Part shown: piece by piece, positions 25,411 through 33,774 of the stretch
How positions within the stretch are numbered: position 1 is the first letter of the stretch
How the letters are laid out: each line of letters starts with the position of its first letter
From: an uncultured Thermoleophilia bacterium
GTDB lineage: Bacteria > Actinomycetota > Thermoleophilia > Gaiellales > F1-60-MAGs149
DNA: 64,000 nt
Direction: 5' to 3'
NCBI GenBank assembly: GCA_963800515.1
Contig: CAWDBC010000006.1
Coordinates: 2,087 to 66,086 of the forward strand
Translations under genes and position numbers: made by a program
Notes under the pieces: model-generated
What the model was told of the DNA's origin: nothing
Database searches by the model: none
What the model saw: only the letters and a program-made list of their open reading frames with translations

Positions 25411-26393
25411 CCGCCGAGCGGGTCCTCCAACGATCCGCCGCCGCCTCGGAGGCGGGCGGGTCGGCGCTCGCGGCCGGGAGACCGCTGCGGCTGGGCGCGC
25501 GCACCTTCGGGCCCGACGAGCTCGTCGTGATGGCGATCGTCAACCGGACGCCGGACTCGTTCTACGATCGCGGCGCCACGGACTCCACCGCGGCGGCCGT
25601 CGCCGCGGCGGAGCGGGCGCTGGACGCGGGCGCGGACATCGTGGACATCGGTGGGGTGAGGGCCGGCGTGGGCGCGCCCGTCTCGGCTCGGGAGGAGATC
25701 GGCCGGGTCGTCGAGGTCGTGGCGGAGCTCCGCCACCGCCGGCCCGACGCGGTGATCAGCGTCGACACCTGGCGGGCCACCGTCGCCCGGGAGGCGGTCG
25801 CGGCGGGCGCGGACCTCCTCAACGACCCGTGGGAGGGACACGACCCGGAGCTGCGACGCGTGGCGGCGGCGAGCGGCTGCGGCCTCGTCTGCACGCACGC
25901 CGGCCACCTCCCTCCGCGAACGGACCCCCTCGATCCGCTGTACGACGACGTCGTCGCGGACGTCGTCGGCACCGTCGCGCGGCTCGCCCGGCAGGCGCTC
26001 GACGCCGGCGTCCGGGCCGACGGGCTGGTCGTCGACGCCGGCCACGACTTCGGCAAGACCACGATCCAGTCGCTCGAGGTGACCCGCCGCCTCGACGAGC
26101 TCGTGGCGACGGGCTGGCCCGTCCTCGTCGCGGTGTCGAACAAGGACTTCATCGGCGAGACGCTCGACCGACCGGTCGGCGAGCGCCTCCACGGCTCGCT
26201 CGCGACGACCGCGATCTGCGCCTGGTTGGGCGCCCGCATCTTCCGGACGCACAACGTGCCCGAGGTCCGCGAGGTCCTGGCGATGATCGGCTCGATCCGG
26301 GGGACGCGGCCGCCGGCGGCCGCCAGGCGGGGGCTCTCCGGAGGCCGACGCGGAGACCCCGCCGGGGCGGACGGACCTCCGGGCGAGGGCTAG
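25407..26393 (+). CDS. Dihydropteroate-synthase-fold protein, FolP2-like (pterin-binding TIM barrel with a non-canonical loop)
   Basis: ATG 25407 overlaps the upstream TGA (ATGA). ..VMAIVNRTPDSFYDRG..DIVDIGGVRAGVGAPV (instead of the canonical DIGGESTRPG)..SVDTWRA..LLNDPWEG..VVDAGHDFGKT..LVAVSNKDFIGE..RIFRTHNV.. This is the tail of ORF 24852..26393. Confidence 0.85.
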   Translation: MTAERVLQRSAAASEAGGSALAAGRPLRLGARTFGPDELVVMAIVNRTPDSFYDRGATDSTAAAVAAAERALDAGADIVDIGGVRAGVGAPVSAREEIGRVVEVVAELRHRRPDAVISVDTWRATVAREAVAAGADLLNDPWEGHDPELRRVAAASGCGLVCTHAGHLPPRTDPLDPLYDDVVADVVGTVARLARQALDAGVRADGLVVDAGHDFGKTTIQSLEVTRRLDELVATGWPVLVAVSNKDFIGETLDRPVGERLHGSLATTAICAWLGARIFRTHNVPEVREVLAMIGSIRGTRPPAAARRGLSGGRRGDPAGADGPPGEG

Positions 26394-26474
26394 AATCGGG
26401 CCATCGGCGGGTAGGCCGAGCGCCCGGGCGCGGCTCCGCGGATCCGCCGCAACGTCAGCTATGGAGGAGTCTCG

Positions 26475-28010
26475 ATGCACAACCCGTCGTCCGGCCGCCG
26501 AGCAGGCCGTCGGACCGCGGCCGTCGCCGCCTGCGCCCTCGCCTTCCTCCCGGCGACCATCGCGCGGGCGACGCCGACGCCGCTCCCCACCGTCACCGGC
26601 CCGCTGCCCGTCACGACCACCTCCTACCCCTTCAACGCCACCCGCGCGGATCGGACGCCGCGCGACCTCACGGCCGTGCACTACGTGGAGCGGGAGTACC
26701 TCGTGGGCGGCACCGCCCACGTCTACGACTGGCCCGCGGACGGCTCGCTGACGACGCTCGCGTCGGGCCCGTACGAGACCCGCATCCTCGTCCGGCGCCC
26801 CGCACGTCGCCGGCACTCGAGCGGCCGCGTGGTGGTCGAGATGCTCAACCCGACGTCCCTCCACGATCTCGACATCGTCTGGGCGGCGACCCAGAGGCAG
26901 ATCGTCCGCGACGGCGACACCTGGGTCGGCGTGACCGTCAAGCCGTCCTCGATCGCCAACCTCAAGACCTTCGACGCGGCCCGCTACGGGACCCTCTCGA
27001 TGGCGAACCCGGTCGCACCCCGCTGCGCGACGACCACGTGGAGCGGCGCCACGGCGACGACCGAGAACGGCCTCGTCTGGGACATCGTCAGCCAGGTGGG
27101 CGCCCTGCTCCGGAGCGGCGCGCCGGAGAGCCCGCTTCGCGGTCGGCGCGTTCGTGCGCTCTACCTGACCGGCTACAGCCAGACCGCGGGCTACGAGACC
27201 ACCTACGTCAACGCGGTGGCGCCGAACCTCACGCTCGCCGACGGACGCCCGATCTACGACGGCTACCTGATCGCGTCCGGCGCCAACTTCCCGGTGCCGA
27301 TCAACCAGTGCGCCCCGGCACCCACTCCCGGCAGCGACCGCTTCGTCGTCCATCCCCCGGGCGCCGCCCCGGTGATCGCCACGCAGACCCTGTCGGACTT
27401 CTACGCCCTGAACGGCTTCGCCAGCCGCCGGGCCGACTCCACCGGCGCGGGCGGCAACTACCGCCTCTACGAGATCGCCGGTGCCGCCCACGTGTGGGCG
27501 GAGCAGGTCGCCTTCGCCCCGGACGGGCAGGAGCTCGTCCAGGCCGGGTTCCCGGCGAGCTGGTGGGACCCGTACTGCGCGCAGGACGTCACGCGCTTCC
27601 CGCTGCAGTACCCCCTCGATGCCGCTCTGGTCTCCCTCTACCGATGGGCCGAGCGCGGCATCCCGGCGCCCACCGCCTCCCGGATCCAGGTCAGCGACCC
27701 CACGTCGGCGACCGCCACCGTCGTCACCGACCAGTACGGGAACGCGCTCGGCGGCGTCCGTACGCCTGCGGTGGACGTCCCCGTGGCCACCTACTACGGC
27801 ACGACGCCGGGAACCGGGACGTGCCAGGTCCTGTGGGGGCATCAGGACCGGCTCGCGAGCTACGTGCTGCGGAGCCTCTACCCCACGCACCGGGACTACG
27901 TCGACAAGGTCCGGGCGAGCGTGACGTCCCTCGTCGCGGACCGCTGGCTCACGCGGGCCGACGGTCGCGCGATCGTGGCGGCGGCGCGACGGGCGCACGT
28001 GCCCGGTTGA
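26475..28010 (+). CDS. Secreted hypothetical protein (alpha/beta-hydrolase-domain-like)
   Basis: GGAGGA RBS upstream. Signal peptide ..RRTAAVAACALAFLPATIARA. 511-aa uninterrupted ORF with high GC3. ..GRVVVEMLNPTS..DGDTWVGVTVKP..ALYLTGYSQTAGY..YEIAGAAHVW.. The product call is tentative. Confidence 0.65.
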   Translation: MHNPSSGRRAGRRTAAVAACALAFLPATIARATPTPLPTVTGPLPVTTTSYPFNATRADRTPRDLTAVHYVEREYLVGGTAHVYDWPADGSLTTLASGPYETRILVRRPARRRHSSGRVVVEMLNPTSLHDLDIVWAATQRQIVRDGDTWVGVTVKPSSIANLKTFDAARYGTLSMANPVAPRCATTTWSGATATTENGLVWDIVSQVGALLRSGAPESPLRGRRVRALYLTGYSQTAGYETTYVNAVAPNLTLADGRPIYDGYLIASGANFPVPINQCAPAPTPGSDRFVVHPPGAAPVIATQTLSDFYALNGFASRRADSTGAGGNYRLYEIAGAAHVWAEQVAFAPDGQELVQAGFPASWWDPYCAQDVTRFPLQYPLDAALVSLYRWAERGIPAPTASRIQVSDPTSATATVVTDQYGNALGGVRTPAVDVPVATYYGTTPGTGTCQVLWGHQDRLASYVLRSLYPTHRDYVDKVRASVTSLVADRWLTRADGRAIVAAARRAHVPG

Positions 28011-28587
28011 TCGGCCTGCGGGTCGGCGGTGCCGGCGACCGCGCCTCCGGCCCCGCCGACCGGCGCAGCACGCGCCAGACGACGAGGCCCGCCACCGACC
28101 CCGCCGCGCCGGCGAACAACGGCAGCGCCCAGAGTGAGCCGGCGTCGGTGCCGGTGGTCAGGCCGTGGACGAGCGTCGCGCCCCAGACGACGAAGGCGAC
28201 GCCGTGGAACGTCCGCCAGACCCGCCGCGGGAGGCGCCGCCGGAGCCGGTTGGAGATCGCGAGCGCGACCAGGAGCTCCAGCCCCACCACGCCGAAGGCG
28301 ACGCCGACGGTCTTGTAGGAGCTGAGTCCCGGGACGAGGAAGGCGAGGAGCGGGAAGGTGACGTAGCCGTCGAGGTAGATCGAGCCGACGTGCACGACGA
28401 CGAAGACCCCGGCGAGCAGGCCGAGGAAGCGGTGCACGTCCTCGATCGCGAAGCGGGGCCAGAGCGGCAGCGTCGGCCTGCCGGCGAGCCCGACGCCGAC
28501 GAGCACGGAGAGCGTCAGCAGGAAGAAGGCGGTCAGCCCGCCCGCCCGCGCGACGTACCAGGGCAGGGCCGAGGTCGCGAACGTCAT
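27949..28587 (-). CDS. Ferric-reductase-like transmembrane (MsrQ/YedZ-type heme b) protein
   Basis: ATG at 28587 overlaps the apbE stop (ATGA). Hydrophobic helices carry paired histidines (..IEDVHRFLGLLAGVFVVVHVGS.. and ..TFHGVAFVVWGATLVHGL..). This is the tail of ORF 27949..30219. Confidence 0.75.
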   Translation of the reverse strand: MTFATSALPWYVARAGGLTAFFLLTLSVLVGVGLAGRPTLPLWPRFAIEDVHRFLGLLAGVFVVVHVGSIYLDGYVTFPLLAFLVPGLSSYKTVGVAFGVVGLELLVALAISNRLRRRLPRRVWRTFHGVAFVVWGATLVHGLTTGTDAGSLWALPLFAGAAGSVAGLVVWRVLRRSAGPEARSPAPPTRRPINRARAPVAPPPRSRDRRPA

Positions 28588-29444
28588 CGTTGGTCCTGAC
28601 TCGGCCACGCGGCTGTTCGGTGGACGCCGTCGCCGCCGACGAGGCGCGCGGCGAGTCCCCGCTCCTCGAGCCACGCGGGCCCCGCCCCGCCCAGCAGGAG
28701 CGCCGTCTTGGCGGCGACGTCCGCGCCGAGGCAGGTGGAGGCTGCGACCGTGACCTGCCGCCACGGCGATTCGGAGGGGCGGCCGGTCGCCGGATCGATC
28801 AGGTGGTGCTGCTCGATCCCGCCCCGGATCCAGCGGCGGCGGTCCGTGCCGCTCGTGGCCACGCCGCCCGAGGCCCGGATCGGCTCGTCTCCGGGAACGG
28901 CGACGACGACCTCGCCGGCCGCCCGCAGGTCGCCGCCGGCGGAGACGAAGCCGGGGCCGGGCAGGAGGGCCGCGGCGTCGTCCACGGTCAGCGACTTGAC
29001 GACCCCGTTGAGGTCGAGCTCGAGTCCTGGAGGTCGGGTCAGGTACCGGCCGGCCAGGTGGACGCGCTCGACGGCCCCGGGTGGACCCGCGGCGACCGCG
29101 GCCCCCTCCGGGGCGAGCACGGCGAAGTCGCGGCCGTACCCCGTCTCGCGGAGCGCCCGCCCGAGCGTCGGATCGACGACGCCTGCCGTCTCCCGGGCGG
29201 CCCGGAGCGCGAGGCGCAGCACGGCGGCGAACTGCTCGGAGACGAGGATCGTGCGGGCGGGCGACCGGTTGATCCGTGAGAGCTCGGAGGTCGGCAGGAA
29301 GCGGCTGAACGCCAGTTCCCGGATCGCGAAGAGCCGCCGGATCGCGGCGAGCGGGGCGGGGGGCGCACCGTCGACGACGACCTCGCAGCCCATCGCGCGG
29401 AAGCGCTCGACGGCGGGTCGGATCCCCGGAGCCGCGGCGTTCAT
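28584..29444 (-). CDS. apbE: FAD:protein FMN transferase (ApbE family)
   Basis: ..RAMGCEVVV..ELSRINRS..TAGVVDPTLG..LDLNGVVKSLTVDDAA..VSAGGDL..GVATSGTDRRRW..HHLIDPATGRP..AASTCLGADVAAKTALL.. Confidence 0.88.
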   Translation of the reverse strand: MNAAAPGIRPAVERFRAMGCEVVVDGAPPAPLAAIRRLFAIRELAFSRFLPTSELSRINRSPARTILVSEQFAAVLRLALRAARETAGVVDPTLGRALRETGYGRDFAVLAPEGAAVAAGPPGAVERVHLAGRYLTRPPGLELDLNGVVKSLTVDDAAALLPGPGFVSAGGDLRAAGEVVVAVPGDEPIRASGGVATSGTDRRRWIRGGIEQHHLIDPATGRPSESPWRQVTVAASTCLGADVAAKTALLLGGAGPAWLEERGLAARLVGGDGVHRTAAWPSQDQR

Positions 29445-29824
29445 GACGAGTGCGTCTCGGCCGAGGGCAGCTGGTCGGCGGAGCCGGAGTCCTGCGCCGT
29501 CGAGTCGGCGGTCGTGCTCGAGCTCGAGGTCGCCGGGTCCGCGGCGCTCGTGCCGGAGCTGGTCGACGTCGACGTCGACGTCGAGGTGGCCGAGGAGACG
29601 GGGGCGGAGGTGACCAGATCGCCCTCCGCCGCCGCGCTCGTCGTGGCGGCGCCGGAGGTGGCCATTGACCCCGCCGTCGGCGCGGCCCCGTGGGTGACGC
29701 GCGCGAGTCCGGCGCCTCCCGCGAAGACGACGGCCGCGCCGATCGCGCTGGCCGTCTTGACGCGACGGGCGCGGCTCCGCGCCTTCTCGACGCGTCCGGC
29801 TCGCGGATGTCGGTTCGTCTGCAT
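29441..29824 (-). CDS. Small membrane-anchored Ser/Thr-rich protein (hypothetical)
   Basis: 127-aa ORF with very high GC3. Its stop overlaps the apbE start (ATGA at 29441-29444). It has a basic N-terminus, the hydrophobic helix ASAIGAAVVFAGGAGLA, then a Ser/Thr/Ala-rich tail that includes STSTSTSTS encoded by a GTCGAC hexamer repeat. Confidence 0.65.
   Translation of the reverse strand: MQTNRHPRAGRVEKARSRARRVKTASAIGAAVVFAGGAGLARVTHGAAPTAGSMATSGAATTSAAAEGDLVTSAPVSSATSTSTSTSTSSGTSAADPATSSSSTTADSTAQDSGSADQLPSAETHSS
29562..29585. repeat. Hexanucleotide microsatellite (GTCGAC)x3 + GTCGAG
   Basis: Read directly at 29562-29585. It encodes the STSTSTST tract of the 29441..29824 protein. The 6-nt unit means slippage would stay in frame. 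Confidence 0.9.
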
Positions 29825-29968
29825 GCGCTCAGTAGACAGGCGGCGCGTGAGGGCGAGCTAAGAGCAGCGTTGCCTTCGTGTAGGACCGGCGGCCCGGGCA
29901 GAGGCCGACGCCCTACGACGAGGCCTCCGATCTCCTGGCCGTCAGCGGCGAACCCGTACCCTGTCGCG

Positions 29969-31414
29969 GTGCCGACCGTCAGCCTCCCCGGCCGCGCGCT
30001 CGCCGGCCTGACGACGCTCGACCGCCTCGCGCTCGCCTGCATCGTCGTCACCTCGTGGCACAAGCTGGCCTGGAGCCCGCTCGGGCGGATCACCCTGTCC
30101 GACCTCCTCCAGCTCCTCTTCGTGGCGGCGACCGTCCTCGACCGCGTCCGGTCCCGGAACGCCCGGGTACCGGCCATCACGCCGGTGCTGCTCGCGATCG
30201 GGGGCGCGTTCCTCTGCATCTACCTCGCCGGATCGTGGAACCTCGACACGAACGTGGCGCTCTCCCAGTGGGTCAAGGGGATGTTCAAGTGGAGCATCCA
30301 CTTCGCGTTCCTGATCGCCCTCGTCACCCACCTCGTGGTCCGCGGCGAGCGGCTCCTCCGGCTCGCCGTCGCCGCGCTCGTCGCCAGCTACCTCGTCAAC
30401 GGCGTCTACGGCGCCGCCCAGGTCATGGCCCAGGCGGGCGCCGGGGTCAACCTCGACAAGGCGGTCATCCACCCGTTCTTCAACGGCACGACGGCCGGCG
30501 GGCTGAACTACTACGGGCGGGTCACGGGAACGGACGCGTTCGGCGGCACGGCCTCGAGCTCCATCTACCGGGTGACGGCGCTGATGAACGATCCGAACCA
30601 CCTCGGGGGGCTGCTCTCGATCCCCCTGATGCTCGTGCTCGCCCTCGCGCTGGTCTCGACCCGCGGCCCCCTGCTGCGGCTGCGCCCGCTCCTCGGCGCC
30701 CTCGCCGCCGCGTTCTTCCTCCTCCAGCTGGCGACCCAGTCGCGTTCCGGCCTGCTCGGCTGCGCCGCCGGGCTCCTCGTGATCGGGATCGCGCTCAACC
30801 GGCGGCTCCTGACGCGCGGCCTGCTGACGCCGCTCGCGGTCGTCGGCGTGGCGGCCGCCGGCGCCCTCGTCTACGAGCGCAGCTACGTCGTGAAGGTCGT
30901 CCAGTCGCGCCTCAACACGACGACGGGCGGGTCGAAGACGCACACGGCGATCTACCAGCTGATCGGCCCGGTGCTCGACAGCCATCCCGCGCTCGGTCTC
31001 GGCCTGAACAACTTCGCGGTCTACTACGCGTTCCGGACCGGGCGCACCGACTTCGGACCGCACTCCTTCTACGTCTCGACGCTGACGGAGACCGGCATCA
31101 TCGGCGGCGCCGCCTACGTGCTCTTCATCGTCTTCATCGCCGAACGGATCCGGCGGATCATCCGCGCCGGACGCGAGCGCGCCCACCACCCGGCGGACGA
31201 CGGCTTCGCCCTCGGCCTCGGCTGGGGCCTCGCCGCCGCGCTCGCGGCCATGCTCGCCGACAACGTCTTCTACCTGACGATGATCTTCGACTCGTGGTAC
31301 GTCCTGGCGGCGCTCGCGATCGCGGGCGCCTCGATCCTCGCCACCGCCCGCGCCGGGACCGTGCCGGCGCGGGCGAGGCCGAGTCCGCGCGCGGCTCCGG
31401 CCTCGAGCTCCTAG
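29969..31414 (+). CDS. Wzy_C-family (O-antigen ligase/polymerase-like) membrane protein no. 3
   Basis: GTG 29969, in frame within ORF 29690..31414. Polytopic. ..LQLATQSRSGLLGCAAGLLV.., ..HPALGLGLNNFAVYY..DFGPHSFYVSTLTETGIIGGAAYVLF.. (Wzy_C loop pattern). Confidence 0.8.
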   Translation: MPTVSLPGRALAGLTTLDRLALACIVVTSWHKLAWSPLGRITLSDLLQLLFVAATVLDRVRSRNARVPAITPVLLAIGGAFLCIYLAGSWNLDTNVALSQWVKGMFKWSIHFAFLIALVTHLVVRGERLLRLAVAALVASYLVNGVYGAAQVMAQAGAGVNLDKAVIHPFFNGTTAGGLNYYGRVTGTDAFGGTASSSIYRVTALMNDPNHLGGLLSIPLMLVLALALVSTRGPLLRLRPLLGALAAAFFLLQLATQSRSGLLGCAAGLLVIGIALNRRLLTRGLLTPLAVVGVAAAGALVYERSYVVKVVQSRLNTTTGGSKTHTAIYQLIGPVLDSHPALGLGLNNFAVYYAFRTGRTDFGPHSFYVSTLTETGIIGGAAYVLFIVFIAERIRRIIRAGRERAHHPADDGFALGLGWGLAAALAAMLADNVFYLTMIFDSWYVLAALAIAGASILATARAGTVPARARPSPRAAPASSS

Positions 31415-31454
31415 CTCGCTCGCGCGCACAACCCGCCCCGGTCGCCGCGGCGGG

Positions 31455-32649
31455 CTACGCGGCCGCGGGTACCTCGATCCCGAGGGCCTCGGCGGCCAGC
31501 CTCGTGCCCTGGACGCGGTTCGTGATCTTCTGGAAGGCGATGTACCGGGCGAAGTCCGGCGATCCGTGGTTCGGCTTCTCGTCGATCGAGAACGGTGAGA
31601 AGCCGCAGTCGTCCGTCGAGCCCAGGCGCTCGCTGGGGACGAACTCCGCCGCGCGGACGAGCTGCGCGCAGATCTCCTCCGGGCTCTCCACCCGCGGGTT
31701 CTGCGGGTTCGTCACGCCGATGTAGCACACCTGGGCCACGCCATCGGCGTCCTCCCGGCGGTGCTCGCCGAGCAGGGCGTAGACGGCGTCCTTGTCGCGC
31801 TCGCTGGCGAGCTGGATCAGGAAGTAGCCGGCGTTCATCTCGAACATGCTGGGCAGCAGGTCGCTGTAGGGCACGTCGGCGCTGTGCACGGAGTCGCGGT
31901 CGCCGCCGGGGCACGTGTGGACGCCGATCCGCGTCCGCTCGTCGGCCGAGAAGCGGTCGATCACGCGATTGTTGAGCTCGATGAAGTACTGAAGTACGGC
32001 AGCTTGCCGGCTCCGGTCCACGGGTTGCGCGGATCCGCCCGCGTCGCCAGGCGACCTTCGGTGAAGTCGATCGAGACGCGGACGGCGCCGGCGGCGAACG
32101 CCTGCCGGATGTCCTTCTCGCACTCGTCGCACAGGTCGTTCTCGAACTGCTCCCGGGAGTACCCGGGCACCTCGTCCTCCAGCGGGTAGAGGAGCGAGAG
32201 CATGGAGGGCGCGATCACCGCCTGCTTCATCGGCTTCGTCGCGAGGCCGATCGACCTCCGGAGCGTGTCGGCGGCGAAGGTGCGATACCGGAACGGGCCG
32301 CCGGTCAGGCGCGGCAACTGGCGGTTGTGCCCGTCGGCGAAGATCGCGAAGTACTGGCCGTCGCCTCCGAGGTTCTCGGCGAGGCCGGTTCCGCCGAGCG
32401 TGTCGGTCAGCGGGTAGGTGGCGAAGCTCGACCAGCGCTGCTCGCCGTCCGAGACGATCGGCGCGCCGGTGGCCTCGGCGCAGGTGATCGAATCCCGGAC
32501 CGCCTCGTCCTGCCGGGGCTCCAGCTCGTCCTTGCCGATCTCGCCCGCGTCGTACGCCGCGTAGGCCGCCTGGAGACGGCCGGGGCGGGCAGCGATCCGA
32601 CGGGCTCCGTCGGGATGCCGGTCGCGGTCCGCGGCTCGTAGGTCCCCAT
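31455..32649 (-). pseudogene. Cobalamin-independent methionine-synthase-like (MetE C-terminal-domain family, ~395 aa) methyltransferase, two frame disruptions
   Basis: Head MGTYEPRTATGIPTEPVGSLP (ORF 32407..32802). Middle RPGRLQAAYAAYDAG...SIDFTEGRLA..NPWTGAGKLPYF (ORF 31961..33946). Tail IELNNRVIDRFSADERTRIGVHTCPGGD....DDCGFSPF (ORF 31455..32132). The disruptions are a missing C in a C-run near 32582-32590 and an 8-bp tandem duplication at 31982-31997. AAGGTGAGGA RBS before ATG 32649. Confidence 0.85.
31982..31997. repeat. Exact 8-bp tandem duplication TGAAGTAC|TGAAGTAC inside the MetE-like gene
   Basis: Read directly. Deleting one copy gives ..GAGKLPYFIELNNRVIDRF.. and fuses the two ORF pieces in frame. 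Confidence 0.95.
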
Positions 32650-32794
32650 GGTCCTCACCTTCTTCGCTCGCTCTCTGTCGGTTGGCTGCCGCCGCCGCGG
32701 TGCCCGATGTTGTACCCGCAAACGGGTGACGCCGCCTGTTCCGGCTCCGGGGCGGGAACATCTGGACGAGACGTCCCCCCGCAAAGGCCGCCAC

Positions 32795-33715
32795 ATGTCC
32801 ACGATCGTCCTGGTGCCCGACGACGTCGGAGTCGCCGCCCTCGCCCCGCTCGAAGGGGTCGACCCCGTCCGCTACGACCCGGACGGCGGCCTGCCGGACG
32901 GCGCGGACGGCGCCGAGGCGATGGTCGTCGACGCCGGCGACCCCGAACGCCTCGCCGGGCTGATGCGCGAGCTGCCGCGCCTGCGGCTCGTGCAGACGCT
33001 GAGCGCGGGGGTCGACCGCTGGCGGGGGCGGCTGCCGGACGGCGTCGACCTCGCGAACGCCCGCGGCGCCCACGGGGCCGCGACCGCCGAGTGGGCCGTC
33101 GCCGTGCTCCTCGCCGTCTACCGGGAGCTCCCGCGGTTCGTCCGGGACCAGGCGGCGGGTCGATGGGAGAAGCACGCGACGGAGTCCCTCGCCGGCAAGC
33201 GCGTCCTGGTCCTCGGCGCCGGCGACCTGGCGCGGAACCTGCAGCGGCGACTGGAGCCGTTCGGGGCGGTCGCGACGCTCTCCGGGACGCGCGCGCGGCA
33301 GAAGGTCGTCGCCATGGAGGAGGTCCCGCGCCTCCTCCCGAAGCAGGACGCCGTCGTCGTCATGCTGCCGCTGACCGAGACGACGCGACGCCTCGTCGAC
33401 ACCGCCTTCCTCGCCGCGATGCCCGACGGCGCCGTCCTCGTCAACGCCGCGCGCGGGGCGATCGTCGACACCGACGCCCTGCTGTCGGAGCTCCGGAGCG
33501 GACGCCTCCGCGCCGCCCTCGACGTCACGGATCCCGAGCCGCTCCCCGCCGGCCATCCGCTGTGGACGGCGCCCGGGGTCCTGATCACGCCGCACGTCGG
33601 GGGCGAGACGCTCGGGCTCGAGGAACGCGGCTGGCGCGTGGCCGCCGAGCAGATCGCGCTCTTCGCGGCCGGGCGGCCCCCGACGAACCTCGTCTCGCAC
33701 GAGCTCCTGCGGTGA
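32795..33715 (+). CDS. D-isomer-specific 2-hydroxyacid dehydrogenase family protein
   Basis: ATG 32795 within ORF 32648..33715. ..GKRVLVLGAGDLARNL (NAD fold)..VNAARGAIVD..LRAALDVTDPEPLPAGHPLW..VLITPHVGG.. Confidence 0.88.
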   Translation: MSTIVLVPDDVGVAALAPLEGVDPVRYDPDGGLPDGADGAEAMVVDAGDPERLAGLMRELPRLRLVQTLSAGVDRWRGRLPDGVDLANARGAHGAATAEWAVAVLLAVYRELPRFVRDQAAGRWEKHATESLAGKRVLVLGAGDLARNLQRRLEPFGAVATLSGTRARQKVVAMEEVPRLLPKQDAVVVMLPLTETTRRLVDTAFLAAMPDGAVLVNAARGAIVDTDALLSELRSGRLRAALDVTDPEPLPAGHPLWTAPGVLITPHVGGETLGLEERGWRVAAEQIALFAAGRPPTNLVSHELLR

Positions 33716-33774
33716 TCGCCGGTGTGGCAGCCGCGGGCAGACGCGCCTCCCCTGACCGCGGCCTCCGCGGCGGC

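Noticed and set aside
29562-29585. A CRISPR-like or phase-variation repeat
   Set aside because: It is only a 24-nt hexamer microsatellite inside a coding Ser/Thr tract. It has no spacers or repeat array, and the 6-nt unit cannot cause frameshifting. No CRISPR array exists anywhere in the window.
32650-32794. A possible cobalamin or SAM riboswitch in the 145-nt leader of the MetE-like gene
   Set aside because: I could not find a B12 box (GCCACUG-like) or the conserved SAM-I/SAM-IV cores by eye. I found only generic GC-rich pairing and a good RBS. A covariance-model scan would be needed, so I make no call.
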